Part shown: positions 41,101 to 50,040 of the stretch, piece by piece | Position numbering within the stretch: the stretch's first letter is position 1 | Layout of the letters: every line of letters begins with the position of its first letter | Virus record (IMG/VR): IMGVR_UViG_3300046468_001139 | DNA from: a virus | Reading direction: 5' to 3' (one strand) | DNA length: 64,000 nt | Notes under the pieces: generated by a model | What the model saw: only the letters and a program-made list of their open reading frames with translations | Told to the model about the DNA's origin: nothing | Database searches by the model: none | Program-made: the position numbers and the translations under genes

Positions 41101-44100
41101 GCTACAGAACTATCTGGACTATAAAGCTCTTGGAATAAGTTAAATGTACCTTCTGTATTTTTGTATACATAAACTTTACCGTTGTCATTTGCTATTGAGT
41201 CATCTAACGGAGCACCAACTGCAATTAATTCACCATCGTCACTTATTGCTATTGCTGATGCATATTTTGTAGACGCAACAGGAGTATCAATAACTTGTGA
41301 ATATTCATAATGGTTATTGTTAAATCTATAAATTGCAATCTTAGGAGTTGCATTTTCAAAGTCAGCTACAGTTGCTAATACGTTTCCGTTTTTATTTACA
41401 GTAAACGGATGTGCAAAATTATATAAAGTGTTGCTTTCGTTATCAAATGTGCTATCGCCATCTGGCTGATAACCTGTATCATTTGGAACATAACCTATGA
41501 AATCAATATTCTGTGCTAACAATATCCAACTTGAACTAAACGCACTTGCTACTTGGTTAGTTAAACTTTTGTAAAACTGATTATTATAAAGTACAATGTC
41601 ATCTGTGTAATATGGTACTGCATCACTAAACACACCCTTGTATGAAGGATTATTAGTAAATGCCCAATTAAATTCACTACCGTCACTATCAACACCGTGT
41701 TTAATAAAATGTATTCTACCCGGATTAGTTCCGTTGCCAGCGCCTGGCGCACTTACAAACAATCTGTATAGATTGTCTTGTTTAGTCATTTCAATCTGTG
41801 TACCTAGGTTTTTATTATTACCTCTTTCAAGATTTGTATAACCGTGTTGTAAACTGTATTCACCACTGCCTGTTTTATTATAGATAAAGTATGCACCTTC
41901 ATTACTGTATGAACTTGCAACACCGTCTTTAGGGTCAATTGGCAAATTAAATATTTGTGTATATTCTTTGTTTAACGGACTTGGAATATTTGCTGTACGT
42001 GCCGCACCTGTTACAGAGCGGTTTGTATAAAACTGGAATTCAATTTCATTTTTAAATGATGGTGTTACAACTTGCAACAACGTACTATCGTTATTTCTAA
42101 CAACAATATACTTACCTGAGAAATCAGTTGTTAAGTCTGTAGATTCAATACGTCCTGTTAATCTATTAAATCCTTGGCCTTGCCAGTTACTAATATGTAA
42201 GTCGCCAGTTGCACCATGTGTGTTACCATATGCAAATACTCCTGCACTTGTGTTTAAGTTTTTAACAAATACTCTTGCACCAAGTAATCCTTCTTGTACA
42301 TACGCTACTTCTGCATAAGCACCTGTAAATAATTGTGTTACAATATCTCCTTCAACAGGAACATATGGTACTTGGTTTGGTGGTGGTGTAAAGTTAGTAA
42401 ATGTAATATCAATATAACCGTCCCACAAGTCATGTACTGTGTGAGGTGAATTTATATAGTTAAAAGACAATCCTAATGCTGACGGATCATAAAGTGTATT
42501 CAAGCTATCTCTAACTTGGTTCATTGACATTGTAAAATTATCTGTAGGACTTAATGTATCCGTAATTGCTTTTGGTGCTCTAACAAACCAATACGGCTCT
42601 GTTACTGGAAGTCCTTGTTTATCGTAATAACTTAGTATTCCAATCTTACCGCCCTTAGTTGGGTTACCAATGTCGTTGTTAAACGCATTTACATCGTCCA
42701 TTGTATTTGCCGCAACTTCTGGTGTTCTACTTTCTGTTTCAAGTATAAAGTCACCTATTACAAGGTTTGGAACTGTAATTGTTTTTTCTGTAGTTGTAAA
42801 GCTATTAATACCATCAATTCTCCACCAACCGCCATACGTTGTATTTGGATTAGCAAATTCAACAGCTTCATATGTACCCATATCAACGCCGTTAGTTATT
42901 AATGAACCTGTAGACTCAAACTCACCATTAACATCTGTCATGTACAACATTGCTGAGTTAACATTATCAATAATGATATCTTGTACTGTACCAATTGCTG
43001 TTGGTGTAGATACAATGTCGCCTACTGCTGGTGTTCTTAAAATATTATCAACATATAAGATAGCATCAATCTTTCCAGCAATAACTTTAGTGCCTTCAAA
43101 TGACGCAGTACCTGGACCATTAACACCAAACGGTAAAATACCATTTGGATAGTTTTGTGAATATTGATTCCATTGTAAACTAATTTTATCGTTAACGCTT
43201 GAACCTTCGTAAGGATCTTTTGGAGCTCTAACTAATATATGATCTGTTGCTCCATCAAAACTGTAACGTCCTCTAATTGCATATACTGTTTCTGGATATG
43301 CTCCGTCGGCATAACTTGCAACTGCAACATCATGTGATGCTTGGTAGCTGTTAAATGTAAACGACCCTGATGCCGCTGTAATACCATAATTTGCTTTCCA
43401 TAGATTCTGTTTATATGATACAATATCGTTTGTTGCATAGTTTGAAGAATCTGAAAACTCACCTTTGTATAATGTTTTAACATTACTTGCTTGTGGTGCA
43501 CCTATTGCTAAAAATTCTCCATCTTCTGCAATAGCAACTGACTTACCAAAGTTTCCGTTACCGGAGTAATAAGTTGAACCTGGATCTTCAATTGTTTGAA
43601 GGTGTGTAAAATCTGTTGTGTCTGTAGTTCTGCCAAACAAGTATACTTCACTGTTGCCTGGCGCACTAATTGCAAGTGTTGTGTTTCTTTGGTCTGCCGC
43701 AATTACTTTACCAAACTCTACACTTGAATCACTAGTTTTAATATTTGATAAAACCTGTTGCTCAGAGTGTACAGGCTCATTTTTTAATACTAGCCAGTTG
43801 TCTGTAATATCTTTATCAATCCAAATAGTTTCTCCAACTTTTAGATCGTTGTTATAATCTGATAGCAATAAGTTTGCACTATCAAAACTAGTTGTTCTAT
43901 TAGAATTAAACTTAGTAACAAAACCATTAACAAGTTCAGCATCTTCAACTGTACCGTTAGGATAACAAATTAATGTATCAAGTTCGTTACGTTTAACTTT
44001 GAAAAACTTCTCAGCACCTTCAACGTCAACTATACCAATAATTTCATCAACTTCGTATTTTGATTGTTTACCAAGTGTAATTACAAATTCTTCTACACCA

Positions 44101-47100
44101 GTAATTGATGTTGTTTGAATAGCAAGTACTCTATCATTAGATCTAATATACTTTAGAACGTCCCATTCAATACCCTTTTTACCAATCCAAACATAATCAC
44201 CAACGTTAAGTGCTGACGGTGATTCTGCTAATAAATCCTCATAGGTTGGTACTGATAATTTTACATCTTGCGGATTTACATATCCTGCTGTCGGTAAAAC
44301 ATTTTTTTGAACATCGTTAGTTGGAAACGGTTTATGATTATATCCTTGAGGTTTTAGATATGTTTCAAAAGGACGTATTCTATAAATTAAATCTGTTTCT
44401 TCACCTGTAACTGTGTCAACTAATTCAACAGGCTGTGGACTTAGTCTAAAGTTTGCTTCGTCAAGTGTATATTCAACTTCATCAAACGCTGTTGATGATC
44501 CATATTGACCTAATCTAAATCCCCATTCTTCATAAAAGTCTAAACTGTCTGCATCTGTGTTAGACAATGCATCAAACAATTTAGTTAAACTGTTTTTTGT
44601 ACCTTTATCTTGAATAAATCCTTGATAGAATTTATACTGACTTACATCATCATTAATAATGTTTTCTAAGTACTTACGCTTTTGATATCCAATTAAATGC
44701 TGTGCTAGTCTTTGCTGATCATTATCAAAGTTGTCTGTATCAAGATCATAAAAATCTCCAAACTGTTTTGCTTTATAATCTAAGTTTGCTTTCAATCCTG
44801 CTTCAGGACGAACTTCTAACTTTTCCCAGTCTGCATTATTAAATATATTTGTTCCAGGTATCTTTACCTTTGCAACATAATAAAATTCTTTATATTTAAC
44901 TGTGTCGCCAACTGCATAATCTTTCCATTGCTCCCAAACAGTAGTAGTAGCACTATCGTAAATAAATCCTGGAATATTAAATCCACCTGTCCAAGCATCA
45001 GTTCTATATCCCATGACTTTAAGTCTTGCTTGACGATAGCCTGGAGCTTGGTCGTAAATTACATCTTTGAATACTGTTGTATTATCAAGTATTACTACAT
45101 GTTCTTTTTGTACTAAAGGAATATTAACATTGTAAATACCATCAGCAGTATTTCTAGTTGATACTGTAAATTCATTATCATTATCTCTACCAACTCTTAC
45201 ATATTCTGGTATTAATTTCTTACCGTCTGCTTTTAATAAACTGTAGTCGTAAAATGTATCAAAAATATTGTCTGCTACATTTTTCTCTTTGTAAAACTTT
45301 AATTGGTTTGCACCCGGACTTAGTGTAATAACACTATTTTCTGCCCAACCTTGTGTTGTCCAGAATAAAAATTCTTTAGCACTTACTCTCCAGTTTTCTA
45401 CATCTAAAATCTTATCACTAAAGTTATTAAATGAAAATCCTTCACTTTCTAAATACTTGCTATAACCTAATAAAAAGTCAACCACTTGCTGTACTGTTCT
45501 AAACATTGTACCATATGCAAGTTCTGCTGGCTCTTTAATTAGTTCAGTATTAAACTCACGTCTAAAGAATGCACTACGGCCGCCTTTCATAGGAAGTTCA
45601 GGTAACTTTTGATATAATGACTGGTCAAAGTCTGATCCAGCTACGTGTTGAGCTTTAGCAACATAATATTCATTGCCAAATTGAATAATAGAACCTTCAG
45701 CGTATGTTTTATTCTCAGTCCATTTTACAAAATCTTCACTAATACCGCCTACTGTAACAATTGGATCATCTGCTTTTGGTGTTGGTGTAAAATACTTAAA
45801 GTACGGATTAACTTTATCGTATCCTCTAATAATAAATCCTTCAGCTTTCTTTTCAATAATTACACCACTGTACGAAACTAGTTCTGTAACAGAACTTGTG
45901 TTTAAGAAAATTTGATAATTTTCTTCTGGTACAAAAACATTGCCTTCATTGTAAGGAGTTCTTGAATCAAGTATTAATTTAAATTTACTCTTTTCAGTAA
46001 ATCCACCAAGTTTAATTCCTAACTTGTTGTCAACAGCTTTTATATTTGTTCTGTACTTTGTATAAACATCAGTATCTTTACTGTTTAAATAGTTTGCAAT
46101 TACGTTTATTAATCCACAAGTGTTTACTCTTGTTTCATCTGTTGAAGTATTTGGAAATACTAAATCTTCTAATCTTAAACGCTTGCCTGTTGGACTATAA
46201 ACAATAGTGCCTGCACTATCTCTAACAATTCTACTTCTATCCCAACCAAGACCACATACTCTACTTGGCTGATTTAACATTAAGGAAATTAATAATGCAA
46301 ATGGATATTCGCTACTTCTTCTCCAAGCAGTTTCTGTTGGTCCTTCGTCACCAAAGTTAAATGGATTTTTAGTACTACCTAATACAAATTCTTTTGCATA
46401 GTTAGCATCAACAGGACTTAATAAATTACCTGCATCATCAACCGGTATCCAATTAGTAAGACCTGGACGTTTGTAATGTTCTAAGTATTCTGCCGGAGCA
46501 CCTGGCTTTCTGCATATACCATCTTCAAGGTCTTGCCATAGCAACATGTTTTCACTTGTGTATGGTGCTTTACCATATTCTGTTTCCCACCATGTAGGCT
46601 TAACACTTAGTCCTAACATTTCCCATGGATGTGTATGTGGACGATCAGTATCAAATGCTTGTTTGTAAACTGCTCTCCAGTATCCTGGATTAGTAGTATT
46701 GTTTGCTCCTAGTGTTGAAGAATAGTTATACGTAAATGTATCTGATGCTTCATAGAAATCATAGTTTGTATAATCTGGATTTCCTACAATTGATAGCCAA
46801 TCAATAAATTCTGTAATCATTCCTTTATCAATAGCCCATTTAGGAATGCCTGTTTCTCTATTTGAGCCGCCAACAAAATCGTGTATATCAAATAGTGATG
46901 TGTTGTATGGAACTTTTAAGTTGTTATAAATTCTTTTTTCTAATTCAAGTAATAACTCATCTCTAAAGTCATTGTATGCTACAAAGGTAGATCCGTCATG
47001 TCCTCTAATAACAGTTTGGTCAACTCCGTAAGTGTTGTCAATAAACTTTTCAGGAACATATGCAGGATATAAACCTAACTTGGTAGGTGTTTCTGGAATA

Positions 47101-50027
47101 TACGATCCGTCTGTGTTTTCGTATTCATATATTGTAATAACATCGTTAATAGCATTTGGAGTTAAAAACTTTACAAAGCCTTCAAACCCTACTTCAAATT
47201 CATAATCTTGTCCGTGGCAAAGTAACTCTCCGTTACGGTAAACACTTATTGCTTGGTTTGATAATGAACGCAAACTAAACTCTGCTGTTAAGCTATAGTA
47301 TTCTTGCGATGCACTAAAAACTGTATGAACAATTTCATTACTAATACCATGACCGATCATATCACTAAAGTAAAACGGCATGTCATTTGTTTTGTTTAAA
47401 TTTAGTTCAGTTATTACTTTATCAAAATGGATTCTTGATGATCCATCATAACCTAAGTTTTCAGCTATTTGTAAAAACTTTCTTCTAAACTTACCATACT
47501 CTGCTCTTGAAAATTTTAATGCGTTAACAATGTTTGCAGTTTTATCTGTTATATGATATACTGCAAGGTTAGCTAATCCACTATGCTGTGTAAATCTACT
47601 TCCGTATGGTGATAAGTTTCCTAAATCTCTTAGGTTACTTGTTCCAGGAAAAGATCCTGTCCAATCATTTCTAAATTCAGTAATACTTTCAACATGGTCA
47701 TTAACTTCGCCTAGTGTAAACGATTCAATATTTTCGTTCTTAGGATTACGCTCATAGTTAATTGGAAATTCGTAAACACCGTTAGCATTTTTCTTTGTAG
47801 CACTATCAGTTTTAATTACTAAAATATCGTCTTTTACAAGATCTTTTGTAAACGTAACATATGCTACACCATTGATTCTGTTTATAGCATAGTCTGTATT
47901 TTCTAATTTACGTTTATCGTTAACATAAACTCTAACCCAAAGGTCGTTTAAGTCTCCACTGCGATCATATACGTCAATAGCAAAATCATTAAACTGTGTT
48001 GCTACAACATATTGCCTGTTGACTAATTGTTTACTTTCTGTATTACCTTTTATCCAACCACTTACATATGTAAATGTTTCTCTGTCGCTATACTGTCTTA
48101 GTACACCGTTATCAGACTTTGCAGTAATAACTGCATTATTTTGTTGGTATGTATGTGTTGTGTTTAACAAGTTAAAGTCAAACTCAATATCACCTGTATT
48201 TTCTAATGCTCTATAACTTAAAGGAAATCCTAATTCAACATCATTAGTTCCTGTACCTTGCTTGTAACTAAACAGTTTATTACCAATGAACGTTGTGCTA
48301 GGATATGTTGTTGTATTAGAAAAACTAACACCATTAGTATCAAACAAGTCAAACATTGGTGTTTGATTAGTTGCTGTTTTTTCTTGTGCTACACACCATT
48401 TAGTTCCGTTGTAATACCACATTTTACCTTTGTTAGTATTACCAGCTTCAACTAGTACTACTTCATTTAACAATGGTGCTGTATCAGTTTCTTCAATTAA
48501 ACTAATTTGTCTAATATTGTTATGAGTAATAAAGTTTACTTTGTAAATTTTACCGTTAACTCTTGTATCAGGATCACCTGTAAACAAGATACGCATACCG
48601 TCTGCAATATCAACTCCGTCAATATTATAACCTAATGAACCTTCAATAGTACTAAACACATCAGATGTAAATGTATCAATTAAGTCTACATTATCTTTTG
48701 CTGAAGTTCCAAACTCATGTAATTTAATATTTTCGTTAAATTCAACGATTGGACGTTTGGCTCTGTTTGCTTGATCTATTTCTGGAACAATTCCATTAAT
48801 AGTTGCTGTAGTTTCGATAACAGATTTGTGTGTCCATCTGTTATATCTTGACCATGGATTTAAATCATTACTTGATCTGTTCATACAAACATAATCTTTT
48901 GTACCTGCAAAACTATTTGCATTACTAAACGGTACTCTGTCAAATGCTTCTGAATCAAACGGTACTGGTTTGTCTGTAGAATATGTTCCAGGTATTTGTA
49001 CGTTTGCTTCGGATACTAATTTAATTTTATCTCCTACACCTTCAACATACCATTCGCCTTCGGCATATTTTGCAGGAGTTACATCACCTTGGAAATATAC
49101 TTTCATTCCATTTGATAACGCATACCCGTTTGACATTGTATAACTTTGTTTGCCAAGTATTTCTGCTTCAACATCAATTTTACTGTTTTCTACAATATCA
49201 TAAATTTTAATTAATCCACTTGTATTAATATCATTACCATTAATATAATATAATGTATCTGGTGCATTAATATCAACTTCAAATGTAATTGTACCAACAT
49301 CAGTTGTTTGTGTACTATCGTCAACGCCAGTTGTATATAATACTTCAGCATCTAAACTTCTAGCAGTTCTAAATGTTAAAGGCATACCTGGAGTATTAAG
49401 AACAAACGTATATGTTTGTCCTCTATATAATTTTAATGATGGGTTTTGTGTTTTGCCATCTGGGGAAAATACATATGCAGTATTATCAAGATTGTCTTGA
49501 CTAGTAACAGTAAATGTACTGTCAATATCTTTGGCTTGTCCTGCAACACCAATACCTATTGGACCGTTTGGTAACCAATAATATTCTCTGTAGTTAGTAA
49601 ACTTATCCCAATTAATATGTGGGTTCCAAGAATAGTATTCTTGTTTGTTTAGTACGCTATCGTTATTAACTGTACCATTGAATGCTTTAATTTGATTTTT
49701 AAAATCGTTATAATCTTTGTAGAATGTAACGTTGTTTAATTCATCTTGAACTATTGTAGCAGGTTCAAACTGATAGTTTTCTCTATCAGCATTAGTATCT
49801 GAAATATAATTATCAGATGCAACTCTAGCTTTTGCAATACGTCTTCCGTAGTATGCTGATATCTTTTCAGCAACTCCTGGATTTAAAAGTTGATCGAGTG
49901 TAGCACTAAGAAACTTTTTATTCGACTCCGTTCTAAAATACTTAGGTAGGTGATCTGCACTAGTTCTTTTAGATTGATTTGCTCCAACTGGAAGAGCAGT
50001 ATCGGATTGATTATCGTTAAAAGCCAT
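35193..50027 (-). CDS. Giant (4944 aa) virion structural protein, probable baseplate wedge (gp7-position) with propeller and Ig-like repeats
   Basis: 14.8-kb uninterrupted ORF directly after the gp6-like gene; FG-GAP-like repeats (FGKSVAIAEDGEFLAIGAP), ITNPGSGY repeats and FTGDGST repeats. Confidence 0.75.
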   Translation of the reverse strand: MAFNDNQSDTALPVGANQSKRTSADHLPKYFRTESNKKFLSATLDQLLNPGVAEKISAYYGRRIAKARVASDNYISDTNADRENYQFEPATIVQDELNNVTFYKDYNDFKNQIKAFNGTVNNDSVLNKQEYYSWNPHINWDKFTNYREYYWLPNGPIGIGVAGQAKDIDSTFTVTSQDNLDNTAYVFSPDGKTQNPSLKLYRGQTYTFVLNTPGMPLTFRTARSLDAEVLYTTGVDDSTQTTDVGTITFEVDINAPDTLYYINGNDINTSGLIKIYDIVENSKIDVEAEILGKQSYTMSNGYALSNGMKVYFQGDVTPAKYAEGEWYVEGVGDKIKLVSEANVQIPGTYSTDKPVPFDSEAFDRVPFSNANSFAGTKDYVCMNRSSNDLNPWSRYNRWTHKSVIETTATINGIVPEIDQANRAKRPIVEFNENIKLHEFGTSAKDNVDLIDTFTSDVFSTIEGSLGYNIDGVDIADGMRILFTGDPDTRVNGKIYKVNFITHNNIRQISLIEETDTAPLLNEVVLVEAGNTNKGKMWYYNGTKWCVAQEKTATNQTPMFDLFDTNGVSFSNTTTYPSTTFIGNKLFSYKQGTGTNDVELGFPLSYRALENTGDIEFDFNLLNTTHTYQQNNAVITAKSDNGVLRQYSDRETFTYVSGWIKGNTESKQLVNRQYVVATQFNDFAIDVYDRSGDLNDLWVRVYVNDKRKLENTDYAINRINGVAYVTFTKDLVKDDILVIKTDSATKKNANGVYEFPINYERNPKNENIESFTLGEVNDHVESITEFRNDWTGSFPGTSNLRDLGNLSPYGSRFTQHSGLANLAVYHITDKTANIVNALKFSRAEYGKFRRKFLQIAENLGYDGSSRIHFDKVITELNLNKTNDMPFYFSDMIGHGISNEIVHTVFSASQEYYSLTAEFSLRSLSNQAISVYRNGELLCHGQDYEFEVGFEGFVKFLTPNAINDVITIYEYENTDGSYIPETPTKLGLYPAYVPEKFIDNTYGVDQTVIRGHDGSTFVAYNDFRDELLLELEKRIYNNLKVPYNTSLFDIHDFVGGSNRETGIPKWAIDKGMITEFIDWLSIVGNPDYTNYDFYEASDTFTYNYSSTLGANNTTNPGYWRAVYKQAFDTDRPHTHPWEMLGLSVKPTWWETEYGKAPYTSENMLLWQDLEDGICRKPGAPAEYLEHYKRPGLTNWIPVDDAGNLLSPVDANYAKEFVLGSTKNPFNFGDEGPTETAWRRSSEYPFALLISLMLNQPSRVCGLGWDRSRIVRDSAGTIVYSPTGKRLRLEDLVFPNTSTDETRVNTCGLINVIANYLNSKDTDVYTKYRTNIKAVDNKLGIKLGGFTEKSKFKLILDSRTPYNEGNVFVPEENYQIFLNTSSVTELVSYSGVIIEKKAEGFIIRGYDKVNPYFKYFTPTPKADDPIVTVGGISEDFVKWTENKTYAEGSIIQFGNEYYVAKAQHVAGSDFDQSLYQKLPELPMKGGRSAFFRREFNTELIKEPAELAYGTMFRTVQQVVDFLLGYSKYLESEGFSFNNFSDKILDVENWRVSAKEFLFWTTQGWAENSVITLSPGANQLKFYKEKNVADNIFDTFYDYSLLKADGKKLIPEYVRVGRDNDNEFTVSTRNTADGIYNVNIPLVQKEHVVILDNTTVFKDVIYDQAPGYRQARLKVMGYRTDAWTGGFNIPGFIYDSATTTVWEQWKDYAVGDTVKYKEFYYVAKVKIPGTNIFNNADWEKLEVRPEAGLKANLDYKAKQFGDFYDLDTDNFDNDQQRLAQHLIGYQKRKYLENIINDDVSQYKFYQGFIQDKGTKNSLTKLFDALSNTDADSLDFYEEWGFRLGQYGSSTAFDEVEYTLDEANFRLSPQPVELVDTVTGEETDLIYRIRPFETYLKPQGYNHKPFPTNDVQKNVLPTAGYVNPQDVKLSVPTYEDLLAESPSALNVGDYVWIGKKGIEWDVLKYIRSNDRVLAIQTTSITGVEEFVITLGKQSKYEVDEIIGIVDVEGAEKFFKVKRNELDTLICYPNGTVEDAELVNGFVTKFNSNRTTSFDSANLLLSDYNNDLKVGETIWIDKDITDNWLVLKNEPVHSEQQVLSNIKTSDSSVEFGKVIAADQRNTTLAISAPGNSEVYLFGRTTDTTDFTHLQTIEDPGSTYYSGNGNFGKSVAIAEDGEFLAIGAPQASNVKTLYKGEFSDSSNYATNDIVSYKQNLWKANYGITAASGSFTFNSYQASHDVAVASYADGAYPETVYAIRGRYSFDGATDHILVRAPKDPYEGSSVNDKISLQWNQYSQNYPNGILPFGVNGPGTASFEGTKVIAGKIDAILYVDNILRTPAVGDIVSTPTAIGTVQDIIIDNVNSAMLYMTDVNGEFESTGSLITNGVDMGTYEAVEFANPNTTYGGWWRIDGINSFTTTEKTITVPNLVIGDFILETESRTPEVAANTMDDVNAFNNDIGNPTKGGKIGILSYYDKQGLPVTEPYWFVRAPKAITDTLSPTDNFTMSMNQVRDSLNTLYDPSALGLSFNYINSPHTVHDLWDGYIDITFTNFTPPPNQVPYVPVEGDIVTQLFTGAYAEVAYVQEGLLGARVFVKNLNTSAGVFAYGNTHGATGDLHISNWQGQGFNRLTGRIESTDLTTDFSGKYIVVRNNDSTLLQVVTPSFKNEIEFQFYTNRSVTGAARTANIPSPLNKEYTQIFNLPIDPKDGVASSYSNEGAYFIYNKTGSGEYSLQHGYTNLERGNNKNLGTQIEMTKQDNLYRLFVSAPGAGNGTNPGRIHFIKHGVDSDGSEFNWAFTNNPSYKGVFSDAVPYYTDDIVLYNNQFYKSLTNQVASAFSSSWILLAQNIDFIGYVPNDTGYQPDGDSTFDNESNTLYNFAHPFTVNKNGNVLATVADFENATPKIAIYRFNNNHYEYSQVIDTPVASTKYASAIAISDDGELIAVGAPLDDSIANDNGKVYVYKNTEGTFNLFQELYSPDSSVAERFGQTVDFSGNELMISSQGGNLVDNTSFDRYTAAMDPQPQTYLDDSTLVTAQYVNSKESDLAVETTYDNNLTQFSKENLDSGEVFIYQYVGGYLLYAEKLAFNNSNVERFGEFIHASNNHIYVSMPELSASNTGNNFIGTVVDYKRQRNELPWKTYRSPTRQVDLDKFKGVFVYSKDGSGTATQLDYIDPIQGKIAGPAEEELAFTTPFDPATYTQTDQSNVNVDTENYWANEHVGKLWWDISTVQWIEPYQNNIIYNTANFNQQMVGSSIDVYEWVETSLTPTQWLELADTEDGLARGISGTPKYGTTTFVTKRLYNSVSSSFYNKYYYWVKNTKIIPTLENRRSSAYDVAQLINDPAGQGYKFVAVYSNDRFGLYNCGSLVEEDKKAINFRYWTIPNQEINQHNQYQLITDGLATSKPNKDLEAKWIDSLVGVDIYNRPVPDPALSPKQKYGVLNRPRQSMFKNSTEALKQVIERTNRVLAKELIVDEYSFTNLLSSDPQPDIISSKYDVAIDTYSELSFVNISKVKPATLTPVFEEGKLVRVDITNPGSGYITVPTYEFEQVGDGEKAQVTLTLNTAGGIGSVTVRNPGKNYSPNTNLSVRLFSVLVKSDETVNSKWSIFSYNTVLAEYQRTATQAYDVSNWWNYIDWYDAGYSKFTDIDFTIDESYLLTSLNDTIGDIIKIKNIGTGGWLLLEKISNEEASDYTSNYRTIGRQDGTIEFKEELYNFTKSFVGFDGLSYDTAFYDNQPTNELRIILKSLRDDIFVDGLEVEYNQLFLASIRYAFAEQPFVDWAFKTSFIKAKHNAGDLQQKVTFQNDSLPSYEEFVKETKPFKTKIREYLSNYTKTDLTSSSISDFDFAPQYNEDTQRIEPASLKVKDNLIYGQDATLNTYPNKHWLDNVGFEVASCNISDKGLGYTEIPVIKFVGGGGTGAKGLAKLGSGGSVVSIEVTNPGSGYLSAPTIEIEGSLSTVNESRIAKASAQLGNSKIRAMHLRSKFDRVTGTFLITSLAETQTFAGNNSKTFFDVKWPMDVRRNQVTITVNGIEELQGNYSVSNEEYTDKSYTRYKGRITFDNPPANNAVIVVTYKKDVSMLQAQDRINLFYNPSTGQLGNDISQLMDGVDYGGVQVKSFAFNTGTGYGNEPYYTTTWDSYDATYEDEIFQLDGSTQVLTLSAPLVNGVTYNVYKNGIRIDDPEYDGSTVPGNPNAVMNSLVGDGTTDTFVIDNDKIPTAGNDVIVIRKSTSDGSFLPDADAYDTMLQGGDIAYSTAKGISAEEIVVDGDGFVTPLTSKGPEELVPGQLLDSVNIKVYDRINDGSSIINNYNYIYTGSRTFKLDRVPASSKDVFVKANGTILDSGNNSLFTVNYQDKTLTLDNSVAIANGQSVNIITMSANGENILDADTFTGDGSTSVFVTSVKFKQGLSLFITKDGAPIDAVLAETDSTYETAGQVLLRLPIAPLPGELIQYVIYDSAAKSFSQISIDEFTGSGSLQTFNLANAPFTQRPLANSVVVKVGNKILTPGYNQQYTVSSTREYKLRDWQVGLAQIPAEKIKVFLNGVEQILSTSYIWNRFNSSVELFAGVGNNGDILDVYLLGDGEYDFGVFDANGYWNETPNQVQLTTAPQNGEKVTVYQFSNHDVAKIERINLDVVARATLTTDTKEYNEYHQLANGFIKLRTPAIDTSYVWLTKNGELLSPNVEYALLEDKVTIRVAVDIDANDEMEVIHFSNSTIIPKFGFSQFKDMLNRTHFKRLGDESRYFLAEDLNYYDTSIKVTNSDTLPQPNKDRSIPGIVFIDGERIEYYLKEGGVLRQLRRGTLGTGIATVHAKGTELIDQSNKQTVPYQDRTLQQTFTADGSTSSIVVDFIPNSVHEFEIFVAGKRLRKNAINTYDPTVDLDSPEADIVSPAEFSVDGTTSTVVLAETPPINTKIVVVRRIGKPWTDSGIPLHRQENDIARFLRTTEVALPK

Positions 50028-50040
50028 TTAGCTTATCCCC

